Below are positions 9,463-18,780 of a DNA stretch of 64,000 bases, in pieces. Within the stretch, counting starts at the first letter, position 1, and every line of letters begins with the position of its first letter. The notes under the pieces are model-generated. The model saw only the letters and a program-made list of their open reading frames with translations, did no database searches and had not been told where the DNA came from. The DNA comes from Chloroflexota bacterium. GTDB lineage: Bacteria > Chloroflexota > Anaerolineae > Promineifilales > Promineifilaceae. Position numbers and translations under genes: made by a program. Location: positions 19,561 through 83,560 of the forward strand of contig JAGOMA010000005.1 in NCBI GenBank assembly GCA_017993775.1. Direction: 5' to 3'.

Positions 9463-10044
9463 TTATTTGAGGTTCTCTTGAATTTGCGCCGTCAGTTCAT
9501 TTACCGGCACATACATCGTGCCGCCGTTTTGCGGCGCGCCATAATCACGAATCCAGGCGATACGGCCGTTACCATCCACCAGAATAAACGTATGCCCCGG
9601 CTCGCCGCCCGCCGTCGCCCACTGCATCACATCATACGCCTCCGGCACCTGCTTGCTGGGGTCGCTGAGCAGCGGCGTGGTAACGCCATATTCCGCCGCG
9701 CCGCCCACCAACTGCTCCACCGGGTCCACCGTAATGCTTATCAACTGCACGCCAAGCTGCTGAAAGGTTAGGTCTTGTTGCAGATCCACGATCTGCTGCA
9801 TGCAGGGCGGTCAACCCACCGCCATGTGGAAAAACAACAGAACAGGCGTGCCGGCATACTCACTGAGCGAAACAGTTTGCCCGGTCACGTCCGGCAAACT
9901 AAAGTCCGGCGCCAACGCACCGACTTGCACACCCGTAGGCTCAGCCTCCGGCGTGCCGGCGCTGCCACAAGCCGCCAGCGCCAACAGCAACAAAAACGCC
10001 AGCGGCGCCAGCCAACGATGCTTAATCACTCTAAAATCGTTCAT
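9463..10044 (-). CDS. peroxiredoxin/AhpC-TSA-like thiol peroxidase lipoprotein with in-frame TGA (candidate selenocysteine, UxxC) at 9811-9813
   Basis: Two ORF-track entries (9811-10320 and 9463-9801) are in the same frame, separated only by TGA. The upstream part has RBS GGAGG, MNDFRVIKHRWLAPLAFLLLLALAACGS (lipoprotein signal) and ...APDFSLPDVTGQTVSLSEYAGTPVLLFFHMAVG. Then comes TGA, then PPCMQQIVDL...GVQLISITVDP...PLLSDPSKQVPEAYDV...HTFILVDGNGRIAW. This places the TGA exactly where Prx/AhpC proteins have the peroxidatic Cys (FxxxxxxCPTE), giving U-P-P-C. A 7-bp stem / GUG-loop hairpin starts 14 nt downstream of the UGA. Confidence 0.5.
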
Positions 10045-10103
10045 TTTTGAACCCTGCCTCCAATTAAATTGAGCTTTTCGCACTGCCGCATCCCATAGGA
10101 ACG

Positions 10104-10313
10104 ATTCCGCACCGCGTAGGAACGGTTCCGCACCGCGTAGCAATGGTTCCGCACCGCGTAGCAATGGTTCCGCACCGCGTAGGAACGGTTCCGCACCGCG
10201 TAGGAACGGTTCCGCACCGCGTAGGAACGGTTCCGCACCGCGTAGCAATGGTTCCGCACCGCGTAGCAATGGTTCCGCACCGCGTAGCAACGGTTCCGCA
10301 CCGCGTAGCAATG
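10104..10313. repeat. 21-bp tandem repeat array, ~10 units (TTCCGCACCGCGTAGGAACGG / TTCCGCACCGCGTAGCAATGG)
   Basis: Ten head-to-tail units of two alternating variants, lying between the copA stop (10337) and the Prx-like start (10044). They produce spurious 7-aa periodic ORFs (EPLLRGA..., VPHRVAM...) on both strands. Confidence 0.85.
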
Positions 10314-10336
10314 GTTCCACAGCAAAGTACGAGCCT

Positions 10337-12823
10337 CTACAACTTTACCCGCCGCAAGCGTAAGGAGTTGCTGACCACGCTGATACTGGAAAAGGCCATC
10401 GCGCCGGCGGCCAGAATGGGATGAAGCTGGCGCAAAAAGTCCGGCGCCCAAGCAAACGGGGCCAAAATCCCAGCGGCAATGGGGATGAGGGCGGTGTTGT
10501 AACCAAACGCCCAGATGAGGTTTTCTTTGATGTTGCGCATGGTGGCTTTGGACAGCTTAATCGCCTGCGGCACGCTGCGCAAATCGCCGCGCATCAGGGT
10601 GACATCGGCCGTTTCCATAGCCACGTCTGTGCCCGTGCCAATGGCCAGACCCACGTTAGCCTGCGCCAGCGCCGGGGCGTCGTTGATGCCATCACCGACC
10701 ATGCCGACGATGTACCCCTCGTCCTGTAATTTCTTGACATAGGCGGCTTTGTCGCCGGGCAGCACTTCGCCAAAGACACGATCAATGCCGACTTCGGCGG
10801 CGATGGCTTGGGCGGTGGCTTCGTTGTCGCCGGTCATCATGACGACCGTCAGGCCCAAATTGTGCATGGCCTGGACCGCTTCTTTAGAACCATCTTTGAT
10901 GGTGTCGGCGACGCCGATGAGGGCGCTGGCCTGACCGTCTATGGCCAGCCACATCGCTGTTTTGGCTTCGGCTTGCAGGGTTTGGGCTTTGGCAGCCAGT
11001 CCGTTGAGATGGACAGCCTGCCGCTCCATCAGGCGCAGATTGCCCAGCAGTACGTCACGGCCGTCTACTCTGGCGCGTATACCAAAGCCGGCAATGCCTT
11101 CAAAATCTGTCGGCTGGCTGAGGGATAAGCCCTGTTCGTTGGCCGCGCGCACAATCGCCTCGCCCAACGGATGCTCGGAGCCGCGCTCGGCGCTGGCCGC
11201 CAGGCGGAGGAATTCGGCGTGCGGAGTGCGGAGTGCGGAATCGGAAATAATCACGTCGGTGACAGAGGGTTGGCCTTTGGTGAGCGTACCGGTTTTGTCC
11301 AGCACGATGGCGTTGAGCTTGTGGACCTGCTCCAGGGCGGCGCTGTTCTTGAAGAGGATGCCATGTTCGGCGCCCTTGCCCACGCCGACCATGATGGAGG
11401 TGGGGGTAGCCAGACCCATGGCGCAGGGACAGGCGATGACGAGAACGGCCGTTAACCGAATCAACGCCGCCACAAAATCACCCGTCACCAGATACCAGAC
11501 GATAAACGTCAGCACGGCCGCGCCGATCACAAAGGGCACAAAATAAGCCGCTACCTGATCTACCACGCGCTGGATAGGCGCCTTGGAACCCTGAGCCTGC
11601 TCTACCAGCTTGATAATTTGCGCCAGGGCCGTCTGTTTGCCCACCTTGGTAGCCTCGAATTTGAGCAAACCCTGTTTGTTGATGGTCGCGCCAATCACGG
11701 CGTCACCGACAGTTTTGTCGACCGGCAAGCTTTCGCCGGTGATCATGCTTTCGTCGAGGGTGGAACGGCCGTCAACCACCACGCCATCCACCGGCACCTT
11801 TTCGCCAGGACGCACAATCACCAGGTCGCCCTGCATCACCTCAGCGATAGGAATGTCCAGTTCTTGCTCATCGCGCACGACGCGGGCGGTCTTGGCTTGC
11901 AAGCCGATAAGTTTTTTGATGGCCTCGCTGGTGCGTCCTTTGGCGCGCGCTTCCATCAGCTTGCCTAAAACGATGAGCGTAATGATCATCGCGGAAGTTT
12001 CGAAGTAAACGTGGTGGCCGAGGGCCATACTGCCCAGTGTCAGAGCGATGAGTACGGCAATGCTGTAGAAATAGGCCACCGATGACCCCATCGCCACCAG
12101 CACGTCCATATTGGCGCTGCGATTGCGCAGGCTTTTGTAAGCGCCCACGTAATAATCCCAGCCGACGTAAAACTGCACCGGCGTGGCCAGAGCGAAAAAC
12201 AGCCAGTTGACCCAAATGGCGTGCGACCATTCACCCAGCAGGCCAAAATCGCGGCTCATGCTGAGCAAAAACAGGGGCACGGAAAACACGAGGCCGACCA
12301 GGAGGCGGCGCTCCTGGTGTTTGACTTCGGCTTCGCGGGCGGCGGCTTCGGCATCTTCCAGGGTGTCAGCGGCAACGGCCCCGTCGCCTGAGGAGACCAC
12401 ATCATAACCAGCCTGGCGCACGGCAGCGACCAGATCGCCCCGCGTAACCGCGCCAGGAGCGTAGCGCACGATGGCCTTCTCGTTGGCGTAATTGACTTCG
12501 GCGGATAGCACGCCGTCTACCTTATTCAGGCGGCGCTCGATGGTGTTGGCGCAGTTGGTGCAGGTCATGCCCAGGAGCGGGAGTTCGGCAACGGCCGTGG
12601 GCACTTCATACCCTGCCTTCTCGATACGCGCAATCACCTGCGCCGCCACATCTTGCGGCTTCACCAGCGCCGGATCATAGGTAAACGTCACTTTCTCGCT
12701 GGCATAATTCACCGTTGCGCCAGCGACCCCTTCCACTTTCTTGGCGCTGCGTTCCACGGTCGCCACACAGTTGGCGCAGGTCATGCCCACAACGGGCAAA
12801 GTAAGTTGCTTCTGTTCGGACAT
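10337..12823 (-). CDS. copA: copper-translocating P1B-type ATPase
   Basis: Two N-terminal HMA domains (GMTCANC, GMTCTNC), a CPC motif ([11 protein letters not shown]), DKTGT and GDGINDAP. Start at MSEQKQL with GAGGA 5 nt upstream. Confidence 0.9.
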   Translation of the reverse strand: MSEQKQLTLPVVGMTCANCVATVERSAKKVEGVAGATVNYASEKVTFTYDPALVKPQDVAAQVIARIEKAGYEVPTAVAELPLLGMTCTNCANTIERRLNKVDGVLSAEVNYANEKAIVRYAPGAVTRGDLVAAVRQAGYDVVSSGDGAVAADTLEDAEAAAREAEVKHQERRLLVGLVFSVPLFLLSMSRDFGLLGEWSHAIWVNWLFFALATPVQFYVGWDYYVGAYKSLRNRSANMDVLVAMGSSVAYFYSIAVLIALTLGSMALGHHVYFETSAMIITLIVLGKLMEARAKGRTSEAIKKLIGLQAKTARVVRDEQELDIPIAEVMQGDLVIVRPGEKVPVDGVVVDGRSTLDESMITGESLPVDKTVGDAVIGATINKQGLLKFEATKVGKQTALAQIIKLVEQAQGSKAPIQRVVDQVAAYFVPFVIGAAVLTFIVWYLVTGDFVAALIRLTAVLVIACPCAMGLATPTSIMVGVGKGAEHGILFKNSAALEQVHKLNAIVLDKTGTLTKGQPSVTDVIISDSALRTPHAEFLRLAASAERGSEHPLGEAIVRAANEQGLSLSQPTDFEGIAGFGIRARVDGRDVLLGNLRLMERQAVHLNGLAAKAQTLQAEAKTAMWLAIDGQASALIGVADTIKDGSKEAVQAMHNLGLTVVMMTGDNEATAQAIAAEVGIDRVFGEVLPGDKAAYVKKLQDEGYIVGMVGDGINDAPALAQANVGLAIGTGTDVAMETADVTLMRGDLRSVPQAIKLSKATMRNIKENLIWAFGYNTALIPIAAGILAPFAWAPDFLRQLHPILAAGAMAFSSISVVSNSLRLRRVKL

Positions 12824-12897
12824 AGGTCCTCGGTGCGTAAAAATGATTGGCCGGCAGGGCAGCATTTTGGCCGCCTGCCGGCCAAATATTTCTACCG

Positions 12898-13119
12898 CTA
12901 ATTAATCTGAATTAACCCTTCGGGCGGGTAGTTGATCTCTTGGAGCAGCGATTGAATCTGGCTCCAGGACGCCGGAGCGTCCCACTGCACGGTAACTTGC
13001 TTGCTGGCTTGTTCCGCCTTGACGCTTTTCACGCCGGCCAGTTCGCTTACTTCTGATTCGATGGTGTGGGTGCAGTGACCACAGCTAATGTTTGGAACGG
13101 TAAATGTTTTGCTTTCCAT
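12898..13119 (-). CDS. copZ: copper chaperone (HMA domain) CopZ
   Basis: 73 aa; [21 protein letters not shown] metal-binding loop with the ferredoxin-like HMA fold. Confidence 0.8.
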   Translation of the reverse strand: MESKTFTVPNISCGHCTHTIESEVSELAGVKSVKAEQASKQVTVQWDAPASWSQIQSLLQEINYPPEGLIQIN

Positions 13120-13146
13120 GGGAATTCTCCTTGTCTGAGTATGAAA

Positions 13147-13425
13147 TTATTTCTTGCCTGTTACTTCAAAAACGTTGGTGATTTCTTGCAGCATACGCTC
13201 CCGCTCAGCGGGATCGTCGCCGCGAATGGCGGAGGTAACGCAGGTGTGCAGGTGATTGTCCAGCATAAGTGTGTTGACTTTAGACAGCGCAGCCTGCACA
13301 GCCTGAATCTGCTGGATGATGTCGATGCAGTACACATCGTCGTTGACCATGCGCTCGATGCCTTTGATATGCCCGGCCGCACTGGCCAGACGCTGTGTCA
13401 CTGCTTTTTTTGTCGTGTCGTCCAT
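13147..13425 (-). CDS. csoR: copper-sensing transcriptional repressor CsoR (CsoR/RcnR family)
   Basis: 92 aa; ...RLASAAGHIKGIERMVNDDVYCIDIIQQIQAVQAALSKV...LHTC. The conserved C-H-C Cu(I) ligands are present (C..H..C pattern). Confidence 0.8.
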   Translation of the reverse strand: MDDTTKKAVTQRLASAAGHIKGIERMVNDDVYCIDIIQQIQAVQAALSKVNTLMLDNHLHTCVTSAIRGDDPAERERMLQEITNVFEVTGKK

Positions 13426-13440
13426 ATCGATTTACCTCGC

Positions 13441-13473
13441 TAGACCCCACCCCCCTGTGGGGGGGGGGGTACA
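13441..13473. promoter_or_regulatory. candidate CsoR operator: TAGACCCCACCCCCC-TGT-GGGGGGGGGGTACA
   Basis: GC-rich pseudo-palindrome (C-tract / G10 tract) flanked by TA...TA, 16 bp upstream of the csoR start. It resembles the known poly-C/poly-G CsoR operators. Confidence 0.45.
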
Positions 13474-13788
13474 AAAAAGAGTATAGATCGGGACATGCCA
13501 GTTGTCAAATGAGTGTTTGGCGGATTGAGTCGCAGCCGGTTTCAACCGGCGTTGCTGTGCAGCCGGGGCGTTTACGCCTCGGCGGAACCGCCCCAGGCAA
13601 TTACAGTGCGCGAGTATGCAACGCTCTAGTTTGGCAACAGCAGCGAGAGGTTAAGCGGCGACATTTGTGGTTTAATTCAGCGGGATGAGGGGGAACGGCC
13701 GTTCCCCCATGCGATCATGGACAAACCCACCCGAAAGCGTTAAAAATAAGGCCAACGGTTTACAATCAATTTAAAGAGGAAACGCGCT

Positions 13789-15144
13789 ATGCCCAACACA
13801 AGCGATAAAATATTTGTCATCGGCCATCTCAACCCGGACACCGACGCCATCGCCTCGGCAATGGGTTATGCCTGGCTGCTGCAAGACAAAGAAGGCGAAA
13901 AAATCGTCGCCGCTCGCGCCGGCCAACTGAACCCCCAAACCATCTGGGTGCTCAAACGATTGCAGCTCGACCCGCCCACTCTCCTCCCAGATGCGTCCCC
14001 CAGATTTGAATCCATTTGCCACCGCCTGAACACCACCACCCCAGAGCGCCCCCTGCGCGAGGCGTGGGCCATCGCCAACCGCACCGGCGGTACCGCCCCC
14101 GTCGTCACCGACGATGGCAAACCCTTTGGGCTGGTTACCGTACTCAGCCTGTTCAAATTCCTCAGTGAAGCCGTGGGGCCGCACCCGCGCCGCGAGGAAA
14201 TCCGGCTGGCCGAACTTTTGGATCGGCCGTGCAGCGAAGCCTGTGATACCGAAGTGCCGCGCTTCCCCATCAAAAGCCGCATCAAAGACGCCTTGCCGCG
14301 CATTCTGCGCGAAGAGCGCAGCGAATTTTGGGTGATCGATGACCACGGCAATTATGCCGGTGTGTTTCGCCAACGCGAAGCCCTGAAGCCACCCCGGCTG
14401 AAGCTGATCATGGTAGACCACAACGAAACCGGCCAAGCCCTGGGCGCATTGGACGAAGCCGACTTGCTGGAAATTCTGGATCATCATCGCCTGGGGAATC
14501 CTACCACGCGCCTGCCCATCCGGTTTACGGTGGATGTGGTGGGCAGCACCAGCACACTTGTCTCGGAGCGAATCAACGAAGCGGGGTTAAGCGCGCCTCC
14601 GCCGCTGGCCGGGTTGTTGTTGGCCGGGTTGTTGTCCGACACCCTCATTCTCACATCACCCACGACGACGGAACGGGACCATGAAGCGGCGGCGCGGTTG
14701 GCGCGTTGGGCATTTGTGCGTGGGTCGATGTTGGAAGGGGAAACGATTGAGACATACGGCCGTCAAATTCTGGAAGCAGGCGCCGGCCTATCCTCACGCT
14801 CGCCGGAAGAAATTGTCAGCGCCGACTTCAAACTATATGAAACAGACGGCATTGAATTTGGCATTTCCCAGGCAGAAGTGACCAATTTTGCCCAACTGGA
14901 CGAACATTTAGACGCTTTGCGCGGCGCGCTTATCGATCTGAAAGAAGCTCGCGGCCTCCGATTTGCCATGCTTATGGTCACAGATGTGGTACGGCGCACC
15001 AGCCGCCTGATTATCACCGACGAACTGCCGGAATTAGAGGTTCTGCCTTATCCACGACTGGCCGACCATTCTTTGGAAGCGGTGGATGTGGTGTCACGCA
15101 AGAAACAACTGCTGCCGGTTGTGTTTGGCGCATTGGAAGGCTAA
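13789..15144 (+). CDS. CBS-domain-containing family II (DHH/DHHA2) inorganic pyrophosphatase-like protein
   Basis: N-terminal DHH motif (IFVIGHLNPDTDAIASAMGYAWLL), an internal CBS pair (APVVTDDGKPFGLVTV...) and a C-terminal DHHA2 (LLLAGLLSDTLILTSPTTTERD). Confidence 0.7.
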   Translation: MPNTSDKIFVIGHLNPDTDAIASAMGYAWLLQDKEGEKIVAARAGQLNPQTIWVLKRLQLDPPTLLPDASPRFESICHRLNTTTPERPLREAWAIANRTGGTAPVVTDDGKPFGLVTVLSLFKFLSEAVGPHPRREEIRLAELLDRPCSEACDTEVPRFPIKSRIKDALPRILREERSEFWVIDDHGNYAGVFRQREALKPPRLKLIMVDHNETGQALGALDEADLLEILDHHRLGNPTTRLPIRFTVDVVGSTSTLVSERINEAGLSAPPPLAGLLLAGLLSDTLILTSPTTTERDHEAAARLARWAFVRGSMLEGETIETYGRQILEAGAGLSSRSPEEIVSADFKLYETDGIEFGISQAEVTNFAQLDEHLDALRGALIDLKEARGLRFAMLMVTDVVRRTSRLIITDELPELEVLPYPRLADHSLEAVDVVSRKKQLLPVVFGALEG

Positions 15145-15150
15145 GCCGGA

Positions 15151-16119
15151 ATGCGCGCTGATCGCCTGATCTCGCTGCTGATGCTGCTGCAAACGAACGG
15201 CCAGATGACCGCCCAGGAGCTGGCCGACCGCCTGGAAGTTTCGCCGCGCACCATTTACCGCGATTTAGACGCCCTGAGCATCGCCGGTGTGCCGGTGTAT
15301 GCCGAACGCGGGCCGCAGGGCGGCTGTTCCTTGTTGGAAAGCTACCGCACCAACCTGACCGGCTTCACCGACAAGGAGGTGCGGGCGCTGTTTATGTTCA
15401 CGGTTCCTGGTTTGTTGGCGGATTTGGGCGCGGACAAAGCCTCGCAGGCGGCAATGTTGAAGTTAACGGCCGTTCTGCCCGCCCCCTTTCGCCCTGATGT
15501 AGACAAAGTACGCGAACGCATTTTGCTGGACACGGCCGTCTGGTTCCAGCCCGCCGAACCCACCCCCTACCTTTCGCTGGTGCAAGAAGCCGTATGGACC
15601 GATCATCGCCTGCGCATGACGTACCGGCGCGGCGATGGACAGTGGGTGAAGCGGCTGGTCGATCCGTATGGTCTGGTCGCCAAGGCCAACGTGTGGTACA
15701 TGGTGGCCGGCGTGTACCATACCGTTTACACTTTTCGCGTTTCGCGTATTCAGGACGCAGAATTGAGCGACAGTGTATTTGAACGGCCGTCAACCTTCCA
15801 CCTACCCGACTATTGGAAAACATGGTGCGCGCAATTTGAAAAACAGATGGCCCAATACCCAGTCACACTGCGCGTTTCCCCGGCCGGCGTCACGCCTGTC
15901 GTACAACTGTTTGGCGAAGGCATGGTGGCGCTGCTAACCGCCGCCCCCATCGACGAAGACAGCTGGGTGACCATCAACCTGCCGTTTGGCTCGATGGAAG
16001 ATGCCTGCCGCCAGTTGTTGGGATTGGGAACGGCCGTCGAAGTCACCGCCCCCCTCGAACTACGCCAACACCTACATAAAAGCGCCCTGGCCGTTGCGGC
16101 CGCTTACAAAGCCTCATAA
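15151..16119 (+). CDS. HTH + WYL domain transcriptional regulator (YafY-like)
   Basis: N-terminal DeoR-like HTH (RLISLLMLLQTNGQMTAQELADRLEVSPRTIYRDLDAL) followed by WYL-type and C-terminal WCX-like regions. Confidence 0.7.
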   Translation: MRADRLISLLMLLQTNGQMTAQELADRLEVSPRTIYRDLDALSIAGVPVYAERGPQGGCSLLESYRTNLTGFTDKEVRALFMFTVPGLLADLGADKASQAAMLKLTAVLPAPFRPDVDKVRERILLDTAVWFQPAEPTPYLSLVQEAVWTDHRLRMTYRRGDGQWVKRLVDPYGLVAKANVWYMVAGVYHTVYTFRVSRIQDAELSDSVFERPSTFHLPDYWKTWCAQFEKQMAQYPVTLRVSPAGVTPVVQLFGEGMVALLTAAPIDEDSWVTINLPFGSMEDACRQLLGLGTAVEVTAPLELRQHLHKSALAVAAAYKAS

Positions 16120-16935
16120 CCAACCTTGCAGCCCATAAACCACCAATCCCACATACTCCTTTAGCGCCCGCGTCGTCATCTCCAGATACTGCGCTTCCGG
16201 AACCCAATTGAGCGCCTGCACGGCCAGGTCGGGCGCAAACATTAGCGCCCAATCTGCATCCGTCACCTGAAAATCGGCCGCCGCCGGAATGACCACAAAG
16301 CCCTGCGCCTCAAACAAGCGCACAGAACGCGGCATGTGGGTCGCCGACGTCACCAGCAAAATGCGTTTTTCGCCAGTCGCAGCCAACATCTCGCGAGTAA
16401 ACAAGGCATTCTCATAGGTATTACGCGACCGCGCTTCCAGCACCAGCGCTTCCGGCGGTACGCCCAACACGCCCAAAAACGTAGCCATCGTTTCCGCGCC
16501 GCTGGGAATGCCTTCCGGATTTACCCAGGGAACCGTGCCGCCCGAAACCACGATCTTAGCCGCTTTGCCCTGGCGATAGAGCCACGCGCCCAAAATCTCG
16601 CGGTCGCCCGCTTCGTTCACTTCCACCAATGTGCGCGGAGCAATTTGCGGCAGCGCGCCGCTGCCCAACACCACAATCGCCTCAGCGGTCGGCCACTCGG
16701 CGGGCGGTCGAAACTGCTGCTCCAGCGAACGGGTGATGGTGTAAGCGGTCATGCGCGTGCTGCTGAGCCACAAGAGGATAACGGCCGTTACCAACACCAC
16801 CCGCTGCCCTCGCGGCCATCGCCCCAAAAACATCGCCGCTATAACCAAAACAATCGTTATCCCCAAGGGATATATCAAAACAGGCAAAAATTTGGAGAAA
16901 AAGATAAACATGACTTGAGCGTCCTGCCGGATCAA
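16114..16935 (-). CDS. YdcF/DUF218 family membrane-anchored protein
   Basis: N-terminal TM helices followed by a DUF218-like domain (IVVLGSG...IVVSGG...). Confidence 0.6.
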   Translation of the reverse strand: MIRQDAQVMFIFFSKFLPVLIYPLGITIVLVIAAMFLGRWPRGQRVVLVTAVILLWLSSTRMTAYTITRSLEQQFRPPAEWPTAEAIVVLGSGALPQIAPRTLVEVNEAGDREILGAWLYRQGKAAKIVVSGGTVPWVNPEGIPSGAETMATFLGVLGVPPEALVLEARSRNTYENALFTREMLAATGEKRILLVTSATHMPRSVRLFEAQGFVVIPAAADFQVTDADWALMFAPDLAVQALNWVPEAQYLEMTTRALKEYVGLVVYGLQGWL

Positions 16936-16971
16936 GATAGACTTAACCGATTATCAATTTGGGATTAAGAG

Positions 16972-17844
16972 ATGAAGATAGCCGTATTATCAGATATTCA
17001 TGGCAATTTGCCAGCCTTACAAACCGCCACCCAAGACATCGAGGCCTGGCAGCCAGACCTCGTTGTGGTTGATGGCGACATCGTCAACCGTGGGCCTTTG
17101 TCGCTGGACTGCCTGGAATTTATCCAGACGAAACAACGCACGGCCGATTGGCGCGTCGTGCGCGGCAACCACGAAGATTATTTACTCGCCTGCGACCGGC
17201 CAGATGCGCCGCGCAGCGGTCCGGAATATGAACTGTGGCGGTTTGCCTTTTGGGCGCACGATCAATTGAATGGTCATCTGGCCGCTTTACAAACGCTGCC
17301 CAATCAATTTAGCTGGACCGCGCCGGATGGCAGCGAATTTCGCGTGGTCCATGCGTCTATGCGCAACAATCGCGACGGCATCTACGCCGATTCCAGCGAC
17401 GACGTGTTGTACCAACAAATCGCGCCGGTGCCGGGCGTGTTTGTCACGGCCCACACCCACCGGCCGCTTATCCGCCGGTTTAATGATTCGTTGGTGGTGA
17501 ACGTCGGCTCTGTGGGCGCGCCGTTTGATCGGGATACGCGGGCGAGTTACGGCCGTTTCCTGTGGACCCATGACGGCTGGCAATCAGAAATTATCCGCCT
17601 GCCCTATGACATCGCTCAAACCGAACGTGATTACGTCGAATCCGGCTTTTTAGGCGAAGCCGGTCCGCTGGCCCAACTCATGCTGGTAGAACTGCGCCGC
17701 GCCGGCGGCCTGATCTACCGCTGGGCCAAACGCTACCAGGACGCCGTTCTGGCCGAAGAGATCGATTTAGCTGAGAGTGTGCGCGAACTATTGCATGATG
17801 AAGATTTACGGCCGTTCCTCGGCGCGCCCGGCTGGACACTTTAG
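16972..17844 (+). CDS. metallophosphoesterase (calcineurin-like phosphoesterase)
   Basis: MKIAVLSDIHGN...VVDGDIVNRGP...RGNHE motifs (DxH...GDxxDRG...GNHE). Confidence 0.75.
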   Translation: MKIAVLSDIHGNLPALQTATQDIEAWQPDLVVVDGDIVNRGPLSLDCLEFIQTKQRTADWRVVRGNHEDYLLACDRPDAPRSGPEYELWRFAFWAHDQLNGHLAALQTLPNQFSWTAPDGSEFRVVHASMRNNRDGIYADSSDDVLYQQIAPVPGVFVTAHTHRPLIRRFNDSLVVNVGSVGAPFDRDTRASYGRFLWTHDGWQSEIIRLPYDIAQTERDYVESGFLGEAGPLAQLMLVELRRAGGLIYRWAKRYQDAVLAEEIDLAESVRELLHDEDLRPFLGAPGWTL

Positions 17845-17853
17845 AAACCACCC

Positions 17854-18681
17854 ATGACCCAATCCCACCCCATCCTTTACGACGCACATATGCACACGCC
17901 TCTTTGCAAACATGCCAGCGGTCAGCCAGAAGAGTACGCCGCCGCCGCCAACCGGCGCGGCCTGGCCGGCATCGTCATCACCTGCCATAATCCCGGCCCC
18001 TCCCCGGACTGGTCGCCGCAGGTGCGCATGTCCATTAACCAGTTCGACGAATATGTGGACCTGGTGGCGCGAGCCAGAGAAACGTGGCACGGCCGTGTCG
18101 ATGTGCGCCTCGGTTTGGAATGCGATTACCTGCCCGGCATGGAAGCCTGGATAGAATCCCTGCTCAACCGCGCGCCCTATCATCATGTCCTCGGTTCCAT
18201 CCATCCCCAACTCGATTATTACCGCGACGCCTACGATCACGGCGATCCTGTCGCCTTCCAGCAAACTTACTTCGACCATCTGGCGCAGTCGGCCGAAAGC
18301 GGGCTGTTTGATACCATCGCCCACCCCGACCTGGTGAAAAACGTCTTTCCGCGCGCCTGGCGCCTGGATCGACTGTTGGACGATGTGCGCCGCAGTCTGG
18401 ACCGCATCGCCGCCACCGGCGTGGCGATGGAACTCAACACTTCCGGCCTGCACAAACGCATCCGCGAAATGAACCCCAACTCCATCATTCTGGCCGAGAT
18501 GCGCCTTCGCAACATCCCCGTGGTGATCGGCTCCGATGCCCACGACCCCAGCCGCGTGGCCGCCGACTTTTTACCGGCGATGGATTTGCTGGCCGCTGCT
18601 GGCTACGCGCAAATCAGCTTCTTCCTCAACCGCCAGCGTCACGACGTGAGCCTGGAAGCCGCCCGCGCCAGCCTGACTTAA
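17854..18681 (+). CDS. PHP-family histidinol-phosphatase-like protein (HisJ/HisK type)
   Basis: YDAHMHTPLC N-terminal PHP His motif plus later His/Asp ligands (GSIHP, IAHPD, GSDAHD). Confidence 0.65.
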   Translation: MTQSHPILYDAHMHTPLCKHASGQPEEYAAAANRRGLAGIVITCHNPGPSPDWSPQVRMSINQFDEYVDLVARARETWHGRVDVRLGLECDYLPGMEAWIESLLNRAPYHHVLGSIHPQLDYYRDAYDHGDPVAFQQTYFDHLAQSAESGLFDTIAHPDLVKNVFPRAWRLDRLLDDVRRSLDRIAATGVAMELNTSGLHKRIREMNPNSIILAEMRLRNIPVVIGSDAHDPSRVAADFLPAMDLLAAAGYAQISFFLNRQRHDVSLEAARASLT

Positions 18682-18695
18682 ACGCGAGGGGTTTA

Positions 18696-18737
18696 AAAAT
18701 AAAAGACCCCAAGGGTTCTTGAAACCCTTGGGGTCTT
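18696..18737. terminator. bidirectional hairpin terminator (REP-like family A) followed by (TAATCTT)x5
   Basis: AAGACCCCAAGGGTTCTTGAAACCCTTGGGGTCTT perfect stem, lying between convergent PHP phosphatase and ybbN-like genes. Followed by a 7-bp tandem repeat. Confidence 0.6.
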
Positions 18738-18780
18738 CATCTTTAATCTTTAATCTTTAATCTTTAATCTTCAATCCTGG

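Noticed and set aside
9811-9813. Treating the TGA as a genuine stop / split pseudogene
   Set aside because: Not fully rejected. The codon falls precisely at the redox-active Cys position and the downstream frame is intact for 113 codons with conserved Prx motifs, which favours Sec recoding. It remains a pseudogene if Sec machinery is absent.
10104-10313. Possible CRISPR array
   Set aside because: The units are contiguous with no spacers and the period is 21 bp. This is a minisatellite, not CRISPR.
10041-10451. ORFs 10041-10451(-), 10143-10424(+) and the N-terminal 92 codons of 9811-10320(-) with 7-aa periodic peptides (EPLLRGA, VPHRVAM, RSYAVRN)
   Set aside because: Artefacts of translating the 21-bp tandem array. 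The Prx-like gene has its own RBS and signal peptide starting at 10044.
13771-14487. 238-aa minus-strand ORF
   Set aside because: Antisense to the CBS-pyrophosphatase gene, which has clear DHH/CBS motifs.
17806-18543. 245-aa minus-strand ORF
   Set aside because: Antisense to the PHP phosphatase gene.
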